Assembly: GCA_030704615.1 (NCBI GenBank)
Contig: CM060734.1
Coordinates: 4,092,001 to 4,156,000, forward strand
DNA: 64,000 nt
Source: Takakia lepidozioides
Lineage: Eukaryota; Plantae; Bryophyta
Direction of reading: 5' to 3'
Translations under genes and position numbers: made by a program
The notes under the pieces: generated by a model
What the model was told of the DNA's origin: nothing
The model's input: the letters and a program-made list of their open reading frames with translations, nothing else
The model's database searches: none
Shown: positions 51,117 through 64,000 of the stretch, piece after piece
Layout of the letters: each line of letters begins with the position of its first letter
How positions within the stretch are numbered: the stretch's first letter is position 1

Positions 51117-53000
51117 CATTTGAACTATGGCTTGCTTACCTCCTGGTGTAAGCTCTTTTCTTCCTGCCATGCTGCACTTTCTGGATATTGTTTCCGGTCT
51201 TCTTCGGATTCAGACTCCTTATCTGGAGGTTTTTGTTTCTTGGCCTGAGTTTGGGTTAGATCGCAAGGGTATCCACTACAGGGGTTACCATACTCACGGC
51301 TACACTTGGTCTGGCTTCCATATTTCCCAATTTTGTCTCATGCTTGAGTCGCAACTGGCATTCGTGTTTCCAATGTCCCTCTTTCTTGCAATAGTGACAT
51401 CTTGTGGTTTCTTTGTTTCTAGGTTCATGTTCTCTATCCCCCTGGGGGGTGCACCCCAGCCAACCTGTACCAGCCACGTGCGTGCACAGGAGGGGGTATT
51501 TTTAACCCCCCCATGTACAACATTATACATACATAGGGGGGGTTAGCAACACCTTAAATATAAGTCTACAACATGGATTTTGCAAGATTAGGAGGGTAGC
51601 GTAGTGGTAAGGGTCACCATTGTCACGACTCTCATCGCGGGTTCAAATCTCATGGTCTCTTGAATTTTTCGAAAACTTTGAAAATATGTATATATCACAA
51701 TGCAAATTTGAGCTCAAGACCACCTACACATCACAACCATCTCCATACCACTAGGCTAGTCCACAATTCTTGAAACAATTGTAATGTTAAACAGTAATAT
51801 ACAATAAAGACAATATTTTGTTTTGTATCATTGTTGAGATCTCCCCAACCGCAGGGCCCCAGCCCTGGTGTTTGGTACCATTGGAAAGCCCTCGATGAGG
51901 AGGGGTGCACTGGCTTGGTATCATAATTTTGGAACTTGCGGTGTGGGAGATATGAAATTTCAAGTACTTTTGGTTGTTGGAAACTCGCGAAAAATAGCAA
52001 AATGGGTTTTTTTGCAACAATTACTGGCCATTTATTTATCCTTTGTACACGGGGACATAAATGTAAATAATTGGGTTTTTTTTTTTCAAATATGGCATGA
52101 ACACAATATTGTTTGTAGGGTCCTTGAGATCTCCCAAACCGCAGGGCCTCTAGCCACGATTTTGGTACCGTTGGAAAGCCCTCAATGAGTAGGGATGCAC
52201 CGACTTGGTTTCATAAAATTTGGACCTACATAGTAGTACAGGTCGAGGTCTGTTTTTAAATGAATAAACTTGATATAATAAAAAAATACATATACATATT
52301 TGAGGGTATTTTTTAATGATTCAAAAAGAAATATACATACAGCAGGGGGTACTTTTTAAAAATTACAAATTTCTATATATTTACAGGAGGGGATTTTATA
52401 ATCTTCAAAATGTATGTACAGAGGGGGTATAAATGATCCAAGGACCCGTATACAGGGGGTTTTTTTATTAGGCGGCGAACGCACGTGATACAGACATTTT
52501 ATAAAGAGTGCACCCCCCAGGTCTATCCCATACTTGTATTGTATCGTCGTGATCCATCCAATGATTTCCAATCCTCCCCGTCGGACTTGGACTTGGTGTA
52601 CCCCCACCTCTTGTGTGTACCCACTCTTCTTGGCCCGTTGATTGTAAATACAATGGCTGGTATTATGGTTGTTCATATGACAAATATCACAATATTTGTC
52701 TTTCATATGGCATTCTGTTGCCAGATGTCTTGTAGTCCCGCATTTGTGACACCATGTTGCCTTTCTTGGTCCTTCGTCTTTAAATTTTTTGATAGCCTCT
52801 ACTATCTTCTGGTCCAAGGCGGTTTTATCAATCACCTTCTTCTTCTTTGGCTTGGGTTTTCTTCATCATCAGAGTCTTCATCTTCCAACGTATCTTTGGA
52901 ATCCTTGCTTCTACTCTGGTGGAACCCAAGTTCCAATTTCTTTGCAGTGCCCACTGCTTCAGCCAAAGTGTTGTTAGGCATGACTGTAACCATGGTTACA
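51117..53000 (-). pseudogene. Retroelement gag fragment with zinc knuckles, split by a TIR element
   Basis: CHKCGTTRHLATEC, CDICHMNNHNTSHC (52356-52835) and CHYCKKEGHWKHEC (51256-51477). Confidence 0.7.
51441..52521. mobile_element. Non-autonomous TIR element, hAT-like
   Basis: 14-bp TIR CCTGGGGGGTGCAC; 8-bp TSD TCTATCCC (51433-51440 and 52522-52529). Confidence 0.85.
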
Positions 53001-53004
53001 TACT

Positions 53005-53640
53005 CGGGACATCTTCCTTCATTCAGTAGGCCAGTGTGGCTGCATGCAGAGAGAACATATATAAAGGTGATCAAGCTGTTATTTTGCATTCTTTCAAATA
53101 GTTGCGGGACCTCCCTATGACAACCATGCTGGGCATATCCTGCGATCATCGCATTCCACGACACCACAATTCATTCAGCCACATTTGTCAAATACTCCCT
53201 TTGCATCCTCAATGCACCCACATTTCGCATACATGTCCACCAAGGCAATGTCCAGAATGACATTTCGTACAATCCAGCTTTGATGATGTCACCATGCACC
53301 ATTTGCCCTTTCCCAGGGCTGCCAGGCTTGCACAAGCATTGCAAACGCACACAAACGTGATGTGGTTGCACTTCATCCCTTCCCCCATCATTTGCTCATA
53401 GGTCTCCAAGGCCTCCATCCCGCACCCCTGCTGTGCATATCCTGCAAGCATGGCGTTCCATGACACCAAATCTCTTTCAGCCATACTGTTGAACACTCCC
53501 TCCGCATCCTCAATGCTTCCACATTTGGCATACATGTCCACGAGGGTATTGTTCAGAATCACATCTAGTACAATTCCAGCTCTGACGATGCAACCATGCA
53601 CCTCTTTGCCCTTTTCCAGGGCTGCCAGGCTTGCACACGC
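53005..53640 (-). pseudogene. PLS-class PPR fragment, continuation of 24110-24460
   Basis: [54 protein letters not shown]. Confidence 0.9.
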
Positions 53641-56600
53641 TGTCGCGGCCCTTTGCCTTGAGGGCAGGGGGTCGGGACACAAGAGGGGCTGCCCCTGTGG
53701 TGGGGGCAGTGGCAGCGATAGGTATGGGGGGCTGAAGCACCCTTGAGTGCCCAAGACACTCAAGGAGGCGGAGGCGCTCACTAGGTGGAGCCCCGCACAC
53801 CGGGTTGCGGTGGGGGTGGCTCCACAAGGGGTGGTGGTAGCTTAGCGGGACTTAGTGGGGGTGGCATAGGACTCACCCTGGGGCGGTGACCTCGTGGTGG
53901 GAGTCGTGGGGAGTCTTGGGACTCATCATGGTCCATAGGGGCCGTGGTGGGTGGGCCAAGACTCACCGCGACTCATCACTGGGAGTCGAGGGTGTTCGTG
54001 GTGGTTCGCCATAAAATGGCATGGTTGTTTGTGAAACCCCCGCGGACAGCTACATAAGTATATATGTAGTAGTAACCCCGAGAACGGTGCAAGCCCGTTG
54101 GTGACCAAAAACTAGTGAGTAAGCGAGCAAGCCGGAAAGCGACCAAAGAGTGGGGAGCTGTTCCGGACTGCCAACTACCAAAGGGAATTCCCCTCGTTGG
54201 AGGGTTCTTTGGGAGATCAAACGGGGACCGTTATGCCCCGGTGAGCAGCCGGAGCTCCAAGTTGGCCCGGCGGCCAGGTTGGGAGTTAGGCGCGTGCATC
54301 AAGCGAGTAACTATGACTTGAGGGGGGAGCTTACCGAAGTGAGGTGCGCGACACTTGGTATCAGAGCTTAGAGTTCAGTACGCGATCGTCTTTGGGATTG
54401 GCCTCATCATGGGGTCGGGCAAGCCAAAGCGAAAGCGGAACGGCCCAAAAGATGATGATCCTGGCGACACCGATGGGGGCGACGTGTCACCGAGGCGGCC
54501 ATTTGAGGAAGCGATTCATGTTTCCGAAAACGAGGCCGCTCAAGAGTGGGAGGAATCTGAGGAGTCGGAGCCTGAGGAATCCTTGAGAGTTCCGACCAAC
54601 CAACAGATGTCTCCCATGCCGGCAGCCTTTTGGGAAGGGTTGTTGGCGCAATTTGGCGGGACGTTGAAAGACGTGTTGAAGGCGGCTAATGCCACTTCCA
54701 CTAAGGCAAAGTTTAAGGTGAAGCCTAAGGAACCCGGCACCTTCGAGGGCATCCGAAATCGGAAGGTACTCAACACCTGGCTCTTGGAGCTAGAGCTGTA
54801 CTTCCGGGCGGCCAAGTTGAGTGATGAGGATCGGGTGGAAGTGGCTCCCACCTATTTGAGGGGCTATGCTCAACAATGGTGGTAGAAACGCCTTCACGAC
54901 CGAGGTCCAAGCCCGGAAACCTTGAACTGGAGTGGGTACAAGGAATTGATGAAGAGGCAGTTTGTGCCCCTCAACGCGTCCTGGCTCGCCCGGGCAAGAT
55001 GAGGAATTTGAAGCAAACAGATGACATTCGGGGATATGTCCAGGCTTTCAATGTGCTTTTGCTCGAAGTCGCGCACATGGCAGAACCAGAAATGGTCTTC
55101 AACTTTGTGGCGGGACTGGCCCCATGGGCCAGGCAAAAGTTGGAGGAGAAGCCACCTAAGACTTTGAACGAGGCAATTGAGAGGGCTGAATGTTTCTCGG
55201 ATGTCCCTAAGGGTGAAAGAGAAGGCCGTACGGAGCTGAACCACAAGAAGACCCGGCGGGAAGGTGACTCCTTCCGACCGGAAAAGAAGTGGGATAGGCC
55301 ACGCGGCGACAATGGCACGTGGAAATCAAAGGGAGGGCCTTCACAAATCAAGGCGGCACCCGGTGCTTCGAAAGGAAAAGCGGGTGGAGCGGCCTATGGC
55401 GGACAGAAGGCGACCTCTGATGGAGTGTGTTTCAATTGCGGGGAGCCTGGGCACATGGCCAAGAAGTGCATGAAGCCCCGGCAATTGAACATGACTCGGG
55501 CGACCACAGAGCTGTCGGAAGATACCATCAGTCGCTTGGTGGAAGCGGTGGTCGCCAGGACTTGCAAGGTAGGCAAATTTTCTTGTGAGTTGTATCAGGA
55601 AACTTGCGCCTTACGTAAAGGGAGTCAGTTATTGTTCGTGGATGGGATAATATCCGGAACTAACGTGTCATTGTTGGTGGACACAGGAGCGTTGCACTCC
55701 TTCATGACACCGGCAACGGCACAAAAGCTGGGACTCCCGACAAGTGACGTGGGGGCCTCTATTGAGGTGCGTTCTGCCAAAGGAGAACCGCAATTGGCGA
55801 CAAGGTTGGCGTTTGATGTTCCTCTTCAACTAGGGAGTTGGGAGGGATGTGAGAACTTTTCCATCTGCGAGATCGATGGAGTGGATCTAATTTTGGGGAT
55901 GACCTTTTTGAGCAAATCCGGATGGCCGCAAGAGAGTAGTCACGCTGCCATGTGGGAATGGTGGCGAGGTCTTACGAGTGTCGAAAACGCCCAAACCCGT
56001 GGGAGGGCAAATAAACCTTCTGTCAGCAAGGGAGTGGGCCGTGGAGGAGACACACGAGCCCCAGTTTTTGCTCTACATTAGAGAAGTGAAGGGAGAAGGC
56101 GATGGGGAGCCGAGCCCAGATTGGATCAAGGGGATTTTGGAGAAATACCGGGATGTGATGCCGGAGGATTTACCAAGCGGCTTGCCACCGCGAAGAGGAG
56201 TTGACCACAAGATTGAGGTGATACCGGGATCTGAACCGCCTGCCAAGTCGCCCTACCGGTTGAGCCACAGAGAGTTGGTCGAGCTGAAGACTCAGCTCAA
56301 AGATCTAATGTCAAAGGGGTACATCCGGCCGAGTAAGTCACCTTACGGAGCCCCGGTGCTATTTGCAGACAAGAAGGATGGGACACTGCGGATGTGTGTC
56401 GATTACAGGGCTTTGAATAAGGTGACTATAAAAAACCGGTACCCTTTGCCAGGGATCGATGACCTTTTCGATCGGTTGGCAGGAGCGAAGTATTTCAGCC
56501 GGATCGATCTGCGCTCCGGCTATCATCAAATTCGAGTGGCGGAAGGAGATTAGGAGAAGACCGCGTGTAGGACAAGGTATGGTTCATATGAGTTCTTGGT

Positions 56601-57318
56601 GATGACCAACGCTCCCGCGACCTTTAGCACGCTGATGAACAGCCTTTTCCAGGAGTGGTTGGATGACTTTGTGATCGTGTACATCGACGACATCTTGGTG
56701 TATTCGAAAACAAAGGAGGAGCACCTGGAGCACCTCAAAAGGGTGTTCCAAAAATTGCGGGAAGAGAAGCTGTATGCCAAAGCTTCAAAGTGCAAATTCG
56801 GGGTCACAAAAGTGGAGTTCCTGGGGCATGTGATTACACAGGATGGGATCAGAATGGATGACAGGAAGGTGAGGGCAATCTTGGACTGGGAGCCTCCGAC
56901 TTCGGTCCCGGGAGTGCGATCCTTCCTAGGACTCGCCTCCTATTACTGGAAGTATGTGAGAAATTTCGCCAAGATCGCAGGGCCGCTGTCAGACCTTCTG
57001 TGTAAATCCAAAGTCTGGGCATGGAACACCTTTTGTGGCCAAGCTTTTGCTGAATTGAAGCAGCGGATGGCGGAAGCTCCAGTCTTGAAAATCCCGGAGT
57101 TCGATCGTCCGTTCGAGATTCATACAGATGCGTCGGACTTCGCGATTGGGGGTGTACTGATGCAAGATGGACGTCCAGTGGCTTACGAAAGTAAGAAACT
57201 AAATGAAGTGGAGCGACAGTGGCCGAGAAAGAGATGAAGGCGGTGGTGCACTGTCTTGAGCTTTGGCGCCACTATGTTGGTTCCAACCCAGTGAAGGTGT
57301 TCACAGGCAATGTCACGG
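53641..57318 (+). mobile_element. 5' half of chromovirus (LTR 53641-54353, PBS, gag, PR, RT, RH)
   Basis: CFNCGEPGHMAKKC, LVDTGA, YIDD, TDAS; left flank CACGC. Confidence 0.95.
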
Positions 57319-58159
57319 AGCTTGAAGTCCCGCCCTCTTGGATGAATCTGGACTGGCCAGACTCTACCCCTGTTCCCTCGGCTATCCAAGCTCTGCACAA
57401 ATCATGCATATATGCTTCCCTTGCTGCTAACGGCTGACAATGACAACCTACAATTGTTCCAGCAAACACCCAACCCTACTTATCACCCATGCAGAATTCA
57501 ACATGCATCTCAGGGCCAAGTCTGATGAGAGTGCAAAACAGGCTGAAACATGCCCTCACCACATTGTCCTTCACCCATGGAGGATTTGACCGACCATCAA
57601 CCCAAAAAAACCTCTTGTGTGTGTTGTTTGTCTGTAATCAGGTAATGTCGAATTGGTCTATGAGAACCACCACGGTGCAGCTGAGCAGGCACAGATTGAA
57701 ACACGGCCTGCTAAGACCTGCAAGCTGACTCTTCCAACATTAGGAAGAATACCAAATCATGGTACTCATATGAGTCAAGAGCCCACCTTTGCACGATGGA
57801 CGAACTTCTTCACATCATACATTAAGAAAAGCCACACCTGGTGATTGCGGTTGTCCCACCATCGTGAAGGATCGGTATAAAACTCATGCAACCTCACATC
57901 ACGAACGAGCTAACTTGTAGAATTCTACATGAAAATTTAAGGACTACTCTGGTAACAGGGAAAAACAGGGTGAAATGTGTTGAAGAAGGTGCCTTCATGC
58001 CGCACGTTCAGCCATCTCCACATTGCCATGGATTCTGCAGGCACCAAGCAAGGCCTTCATTTTGCAAACTTGTCGACCTCTTTCCCCTTTTCCAGAGCTG
58101 CCAGGCAGTGTTCAGAATGACATTAGGTACAATTCCAGCTTTGAACAAGGCATGGCCTG

Positions 58160-58710
58160 CTAGACCAAGCTGACTCTCTCTCTTGCACCAACGAGCTAAC
58201 TTACAGATTTCCAATATGCATATCAGGCCCGAGTCTGATAAGAGGGCAAAACAAGATGAAATAGGTTGATGAAGAAGGTGCCCTCACGGCCTGCTAAGAC
58301 CAAGCTGACTCTCTCTCTAGCACCAACGAGTTAACTTACAGAATTCAATATGCATATCAGGCCCGAGTCTGATAAGAGGGCAAAACAGGCTGAAATAGGT
58401 TGAAGAAGAAGGTGCCCTCACGGCCTGCTAAGACCAAGCTGACTCTCTCTCTTGCACCAACGAGCTAACTTAACAGAATTCAATATGCATATCAGGCCTG
58501 AGTCTGATAAGAGGGAAAAACAGGCTGAAATAGGCTGAAGAAGAAGGTGCCCTCACAGCCTGCTAAGACCAAGCTGACTCTCTCTTTTGCACCAATGAGC
58601 TAACTTACAAAATTCAATATGCATATCAGGCCCGAGTCTGATAAGAGGGCAAAACAGGCTGAAATAGATTGAATCGAGAAATGAATCAGCGGGCTGCTAA
58701 GACCAAGCTG
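58160..58710. repeat. Tandem array, ~4 x ~134 bp
   Basis: CTAAGACCAAGCTGACTCTCTC units; part of the unit is the reverse complement of 22875-22950. Confidence 0.85.
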
Positions 58711-59207
58711 ATTCTCCCAAGAACCTTGTAAACATCAGGAAGAATACCGTACTAACAAGAGCCAAAAGCCCACATTTGCAGGATGGACAAACTTCTTCAC
58801 ATCCTACATTGAGGAAAAGCCACACCTTATTGCGATTGTCCCACCATCGGCAAGGATCGGAAAAAAACTCATGCAAGCTCTGAAATAGGTCGAAGAAGAA
58901 GGTGCCCTCACCACATTGTCCTCGACCTTGTGTCATGACCCATGGAGGATTTGACTCCCCATGAACCCAAACGGACCTCTTGTGTGTGCTGCTTGTGTCT
59001 GTAGTCTGGTAATGGCGGATTGGTCCATGAGAACCACCACGGTGCAGCTGAGCGAGCAGAGATTGAAACACGACCTTGAAACACGACCTGCTAAGACCAA
59101 CCCGACTCTCCCAAAAACCTTGTAAACATCAGGAAGAATACGAAATCATGGTATGTCTAACAGGAGCCAAGAGCCCGCATTTGCAAGATGGACAAACTTC
59201 TTCACAT

Positions 59208-59575
59208 CGTACATTGAGAAAAAGCCACACCTTGCGATCGCGATTGTCCCACCATCGTGCACGCCTTCATGCCCCGATTCTAGGGCTTGAGTCCCTGTCT
59301 GCCCTCTATCCCACCAGCTCCGCTCGTCATTGTACATTGAGAAAAGCCACACCTTGCGATCGCGGTTGTCCCACCATCGTGCACGCCTTCATGCCCCGAT
59401 TCTAGGTCTTGAGTCCATGTTTGCCCCCTATCCCACCAGCTCCGCTCGTCATTGTACATTGAGAAAAAGCCACACCTTGCGATCGTGGTTGTCCCACCAT
59501 CGTGCACACCTTCATGCCCCGATTCTAGGTCTTGAGTCCCTGTCTGCCCCTATCCTACCAGCTCCGCTCGTCGTC
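59208..59575. repeat. Tandem array, 3 x ~123 bp
   Basis: GTACATTGAGAAAAGCCACACCTTGCGATCG units. Confidence 0.85.
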
Positions 59576-59779
59576 TCTCATGATCAGACTCGACACTATA
59601 AGAAAACAAACACAGCTCTGTCATGTTTGTCTCTCATGATCAAACTCGACACGAAGAAAACAAACAGATGCCACAGTGGCAGGGAGACAAAAAAAACGCT
59701 AAGTCCCCTCTACTCATGACTGGATGGATGAATATAGCGATAGATGGATGGATTTTGGATTTTCCATCAACACACAAAC

Positions 59780-60652
59780 CACTAAAGTTTTTCATATATC
59801 ACCACAGAAGTAATACCAATCACTGGTGTGTATGTAATCACTCATGCGTAACCACTGGCCGAGTGGTTCCAGTTACTAAATAGTTTGTAACCACTCACTC
59901 TACACCACTCTAAAAGTGGTACCAATCAATGGGGGTCTTTAACCACTCCAGATCTACGTATATTGTTCCCGTCCACGTGGAATAATATAGTTCATAATTA
60001 AAATATATTTCGAAATGATAAATCTTAAATAAAAATTGAATTATTACACGTGGAGTAGCAAGTGGTTTCAATCACCTCCCATCACTCAGGTGTCTTCAAC
60101 CACTCACAACCTACCACAGAAGTGGTACCAATCACTCACGTGTATGTAACCACTCACAAGTGCCCACTTGAAGAGTGGTTCCAGTTACAAAAGGGTCTTA
60201 ATCACTCACATTCCAGCACTGTGCAAGTGGTACCAATCACTGGGGGGTCTTTAACCACTCCAGATCACGTATACTATCCTCGTCCACGTGGAATAATATA
60301 TTTTGAAATGATAAAAATCTAAAAAAAAAAATTATTACACGTGGAGTAGAAAGTGGTTTCAACCACTTCCCATCACTGAGGTGTTTTTAACCACTCATAA
60401 TTTATCGCTGTACCCGTCCATGTCGGATATTATCATTATTAATATAAATATTTGATCAAATGTCGAATAATAAATATAAAATTAAATATTACACGTGGAT
60501 TACTCAGTGGTTGAAACCACTTCCAACCACTCCATATGATGCCACCGTGGCATTTCATCGGAATTAACCATTGGCCAGTAGTTACCATTACTTGGAGTGA
60601 TTTATAGAATGGTAAAAGACAAGAGTGGTTAAGGGGCTAGTGGTTATTCCGT
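59780..60652 (-). mobile_element. Inverted CACTA left-end subterminal region, TIR lost
   Basis: Reverse-complement homology to 45750-46700 (GCCACCGTGGCATTTCATCGG). Confidence 0.75.
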
Positions 60653-61199
60653 CAGAAACACGCCCCCCTCATCCTAGCTATTCGCCGGCAGGGGTGGGCC
60701 ACCGGCCCACTCTCTGTCATCTCCGCTCGCACCAGAGGGGGCATACACAACGACAACATCTCAACACTTCAAGACAAATTTAAACTCCCCATCACCTCCA
60801 TTCATACATGCTTCAAGGACATCCACCTCACGACGCTCCGATCCTTTATAGGTATCATAACTAATAAGCAAAAACTCAAATCCACTCCATCTTTGATACC
60901 CCCGGGTACCCCAGGTACCACATACCCCTGGTCACCTGGTGTCCCACAGACATCTGTCATCTTTTAGGGCCCACCCTCGAAATGGGGCAGTAGCCGCAAG
61001 CCGAAGTGGCTCTTAGTTACGCCGGCCTCAGCCGGAGTCTTCTCTTCGTTACAACTTGGAAGACCATGGTTAACCCAAGCCCAATCTCACCACGATTGGG
61101 GAAGTCAGACTCTCACGATCAAGAAAGGATCATAACAAGTCACTATCACCACGAAGCAACAATGTACGATCCCACAAGAGAAATGACCTTGCCTAGTGG

Positions 61200-63830
61200 A
61201 AGAGTATGATTAGTCCAGTGGATTGTGGGATGAAGAAGCTACAGTGTATGCAGCGCATCCACAACTAGAACCTATTGGTCAACTAGTGGTCAAGAATACC
61301 ACGACCGTAGGATGTCACATGGTGAACACCCAAATGACAACAAACAATCCAGTAACAGATGATCCTGAAGAAGATGCCATGGACACACCTCAACACCCCG
61401 CTCGTTTCTATCAAGAAAGAGAAGATGATATCAGAATTAGTGAAATACCAGCCACGATTGCTACCATTGGACAAGAGATTGCAGGATAGACAGTGACGGA
61501 AGAAACTCAACTAATCAAGTGAATCTTGGTACAGTGGAAGACCCACAGATAATACGAGTAAGTGCAGACCTTGAAAAATCATTCCTTCAGGAGGCCACTG
61601 CACTATTCACTGAATACAAAGATGTATTCGCTTGGAACTACAAGGATCTGAAGGGAATACCTCCAACATCTGTCAACACTGGATTGAGCTGGAAGTGGAC
61701 ACTAAACCAGTTCGACAGAACCGATACAAAATGAATCCCAACTATACAGCTAAGGTTTGGGAAGAAATCAAGAAATTAGTGGATGCAGGATTCATATACC
61801 CAGTAGAGACACCACAATGGTTATCACCCATTGTAATAGTGCCCAAGAAGAATGGCAAATTGCAAGTATGTGTGGATTACTGCAAATTGAATGTAGGAAC
61901 CAAGAAAGATCCATTTCCACTACCTTTTACAGAGATAGTGTTGGATACAGTGGCAGGACATGAGATGTACTCATTCATGGATTGATGGATTCAGTGGGTA
62001 CAATCAGGTACAGATGGCAGAAGAACACCGATAGAAGACCGAGAGAAGGCCGCATTCATCACTGAATGGGGAGCTTATGCTTACAAAGTCATGCCATTTG
62101 GACTTTGCAACGCACCTCCCACGTTTCAAAGAGTAGTATCTGAAATCTTCAAGAGCTATCTCAACGACTTTATGCAGGTGTTCTTAGACGATTTCAGTGT
62201 CTTCGGACAAAAATCCAAATACTTTGGCACAGTTAAAACTCTGCCTACAAACCTGCAGAGACAATGGAGTAAGTCTCAACCCCGAGAAATGCACATTTTG
62301 TGTGAATTCAGGATTACTGTTGGGAGAGAAGACTCCGGTTGAAGCTGGCGTAACTAAGAGTCACTTCTCCTTGCGGGTACTGCCCCCTGTCGGGGGTGGG
62401 CCCTATATAAAAAGACAGGTGACCGGTTGGTCACCTAGTAACCAGGGTATGTGTGTTGTGGTGCTATAAAGGAGAATGAGGGGGTATTGAATCGGGGGGG
62501 GAGGGGGGGGGGGGGGGCAAGGGGGGGTGCCTTAGGGTTCCTAGGGTACTGATGTTGGATTGGGCTCGAGTTTTCGTTTATTGGTGATAATAACTGTGAG
62601 AGAACATTACTGTTGGGACACATTGTGTGCCAACAGGGAATTTTGACCCAAAGAAGGTAAACAGTATCCAGAAAATACCACCACCAGAAACTCCAAAGAA
62701 ACTCAAAAGATTTCTGGGACAAACAAGTTATTACAGAAGGTACATGGTCAAGTATGCTCACAGAGCAGCACCAGTCTATAGACTGCTAAAGAAGGATGTC
62801 AAATACCAATGGTCTCCAGATTGTCAGGAATCATTTGATTCACTAAAATAGGCCTTCATAACGGCACCAATCCTGATCAATCCAAGATGGGACCTACCAT
62901 TCCATGTACACAGTGATGCATCAGGCATCGCCCTTGGAGCAGTTCTAGCTCAGAATGTGACAGGCACAATAGATTCACCAATCTATTATGCAAGCAGACT
63001 GCTGACATCTGCTGAAAAGAACTACAGCACCACAGAGAGGGAGGCATTGGCAATGATTTACGTTGTTCAAAAGTTTCGGCATTATTTACTTGGCAATCGC
63101 TTTGGTTCATTTGGCAAATCGACCACTAGCTAGTGGCAGGGTTGCTCAATGGTTATTACTTCTTCATGAGTATGATTTTGAAGTGGTTCATAAACTTGGA
63201 AGATTACATGTTCCAATAGATCATCTGTCAAGGCCTACCACCAGAGAACCAGCAACAAGAGTAGAGGATTAGCTTCCCGATGCATTTTTGTTTGCTGTTC
63301 AACCTGAAGCACAAAAAGAAGAGACAGACCCTTTGGACACTCTAGGAGTGTTTCAAGCAAATTATGATCTTCCAGATTCTCTTAAATTGTTTGATGGGAC
63401 AGATGAAAGAGAAACAACAAATGATGAAGAATCCACAAATGAAGGAGAAACAATGTATGAGGAAGACTCAGAACCATAAGAAGATAACAAGGAAAATGAG
63501 GAGCCAATCACTCAAGGATTGACCAACATTAGCATTGGGACTTATGCAGTCACCAAGGAAGAACCAGAAGAACCTCAAGATCAAGATGATTGGGAGTGGC
63601 CAATCAAATACTATCTGAACACAGGAAAATTTCCTGAAGATTACACCAAAGATGACCTGGGAGGAAGCCAATGGGCCGCATACAGCGAACTTCAAAAATC
63701 AAGAAAATCCTTTGCAAACATAAAAATTTCCTCATGGAAAGCAATGGTGCCATTGCACATGCCTGCCTTCTTGTACTGCCAGATTGAAGGGCCCCACACC
63801 TCACATCTCATACTCAATGCACACAACTAA
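61200..63830 (+). pseudogene. Decayed pol (RT-RNaseH) of a separate Ty3/Gypsy family
   Basis: WLSPIVIVPKKNGK..CVDY, MPFGLCNAP, VFLDDFSVFG, HSDASG, YYASR; many stops and frameshifts. Confidence 0.9.
62326..62605. mobile_element. 280-bp insertion with 13-bp TSD and G-rich tract
   Basis: TSD ATTACTGTTGGGA at 62313-62325 and 62606-62618; RT coding sequence resumes after it. Confidence 0.75.
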
Positions 63831-64000
63831 GCTAGTAGTATCACAAGGTGCTGATCAATAGATGAGTATAGTCTGCCACTTGAGAATGAGCTACCCTACT
63901 TCAAAACTATGGACTTGGATTGGGCATGGATTCTTTGCCACACAGTTGCGCATCAGAGGGCCTTCCCTCTAGGACCTGTTTAGCTAGTTGATAAGAGCTT

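Overview
Repeat-dense, nested-transposon region of a plant nuclear genome. Spliceosomal introns, PLS-type PPR fragments, CONSTANS-like B-box and AP-1 mu fragments and chromoviral Gypsy elements are present; a seed-free land plant such as a bryophyte is my inference. I see no intact host gene. Two different transposon-associated DNA methyltransferases stand out. (1) A 16.9-kb Ty3/Gypsy element (27867-44769, minus strand) has a decayed polyprotein gag-ZnK-protease-DNMT3-like C5-methyltransferase-RT-RNaseH-integrase-PHD finger. It lacks ordinary paired LTRs and instead has split direct repeats (B...A-B-A) with a 4-bp TSD, plus a probable self-priming PBS supported by covariation with a second, truncated family member (18456-22873). 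(2) An En/Spm (CACTA)-like cargo region (1-16050) holds a multi-exon pseudogene fusing a ParB/Srx-like domain to a beta-class N4C/N6A methyltransferase, preceded by an array of 36-bp palindromes. The same region has a Pol II CTD-heptad mini-ORF and an FCP1/SCP-like phosphatase domain. Also present: chromovirus copies (one broken by an apparent ~30-kb inversion), tandem CACTA elements, a hAT-type non-autonomous element, a tRNA-derived SINE, several tandem repeats and another Gypsy pol. All domain calls are by-eye motif recognition; no searches were run.
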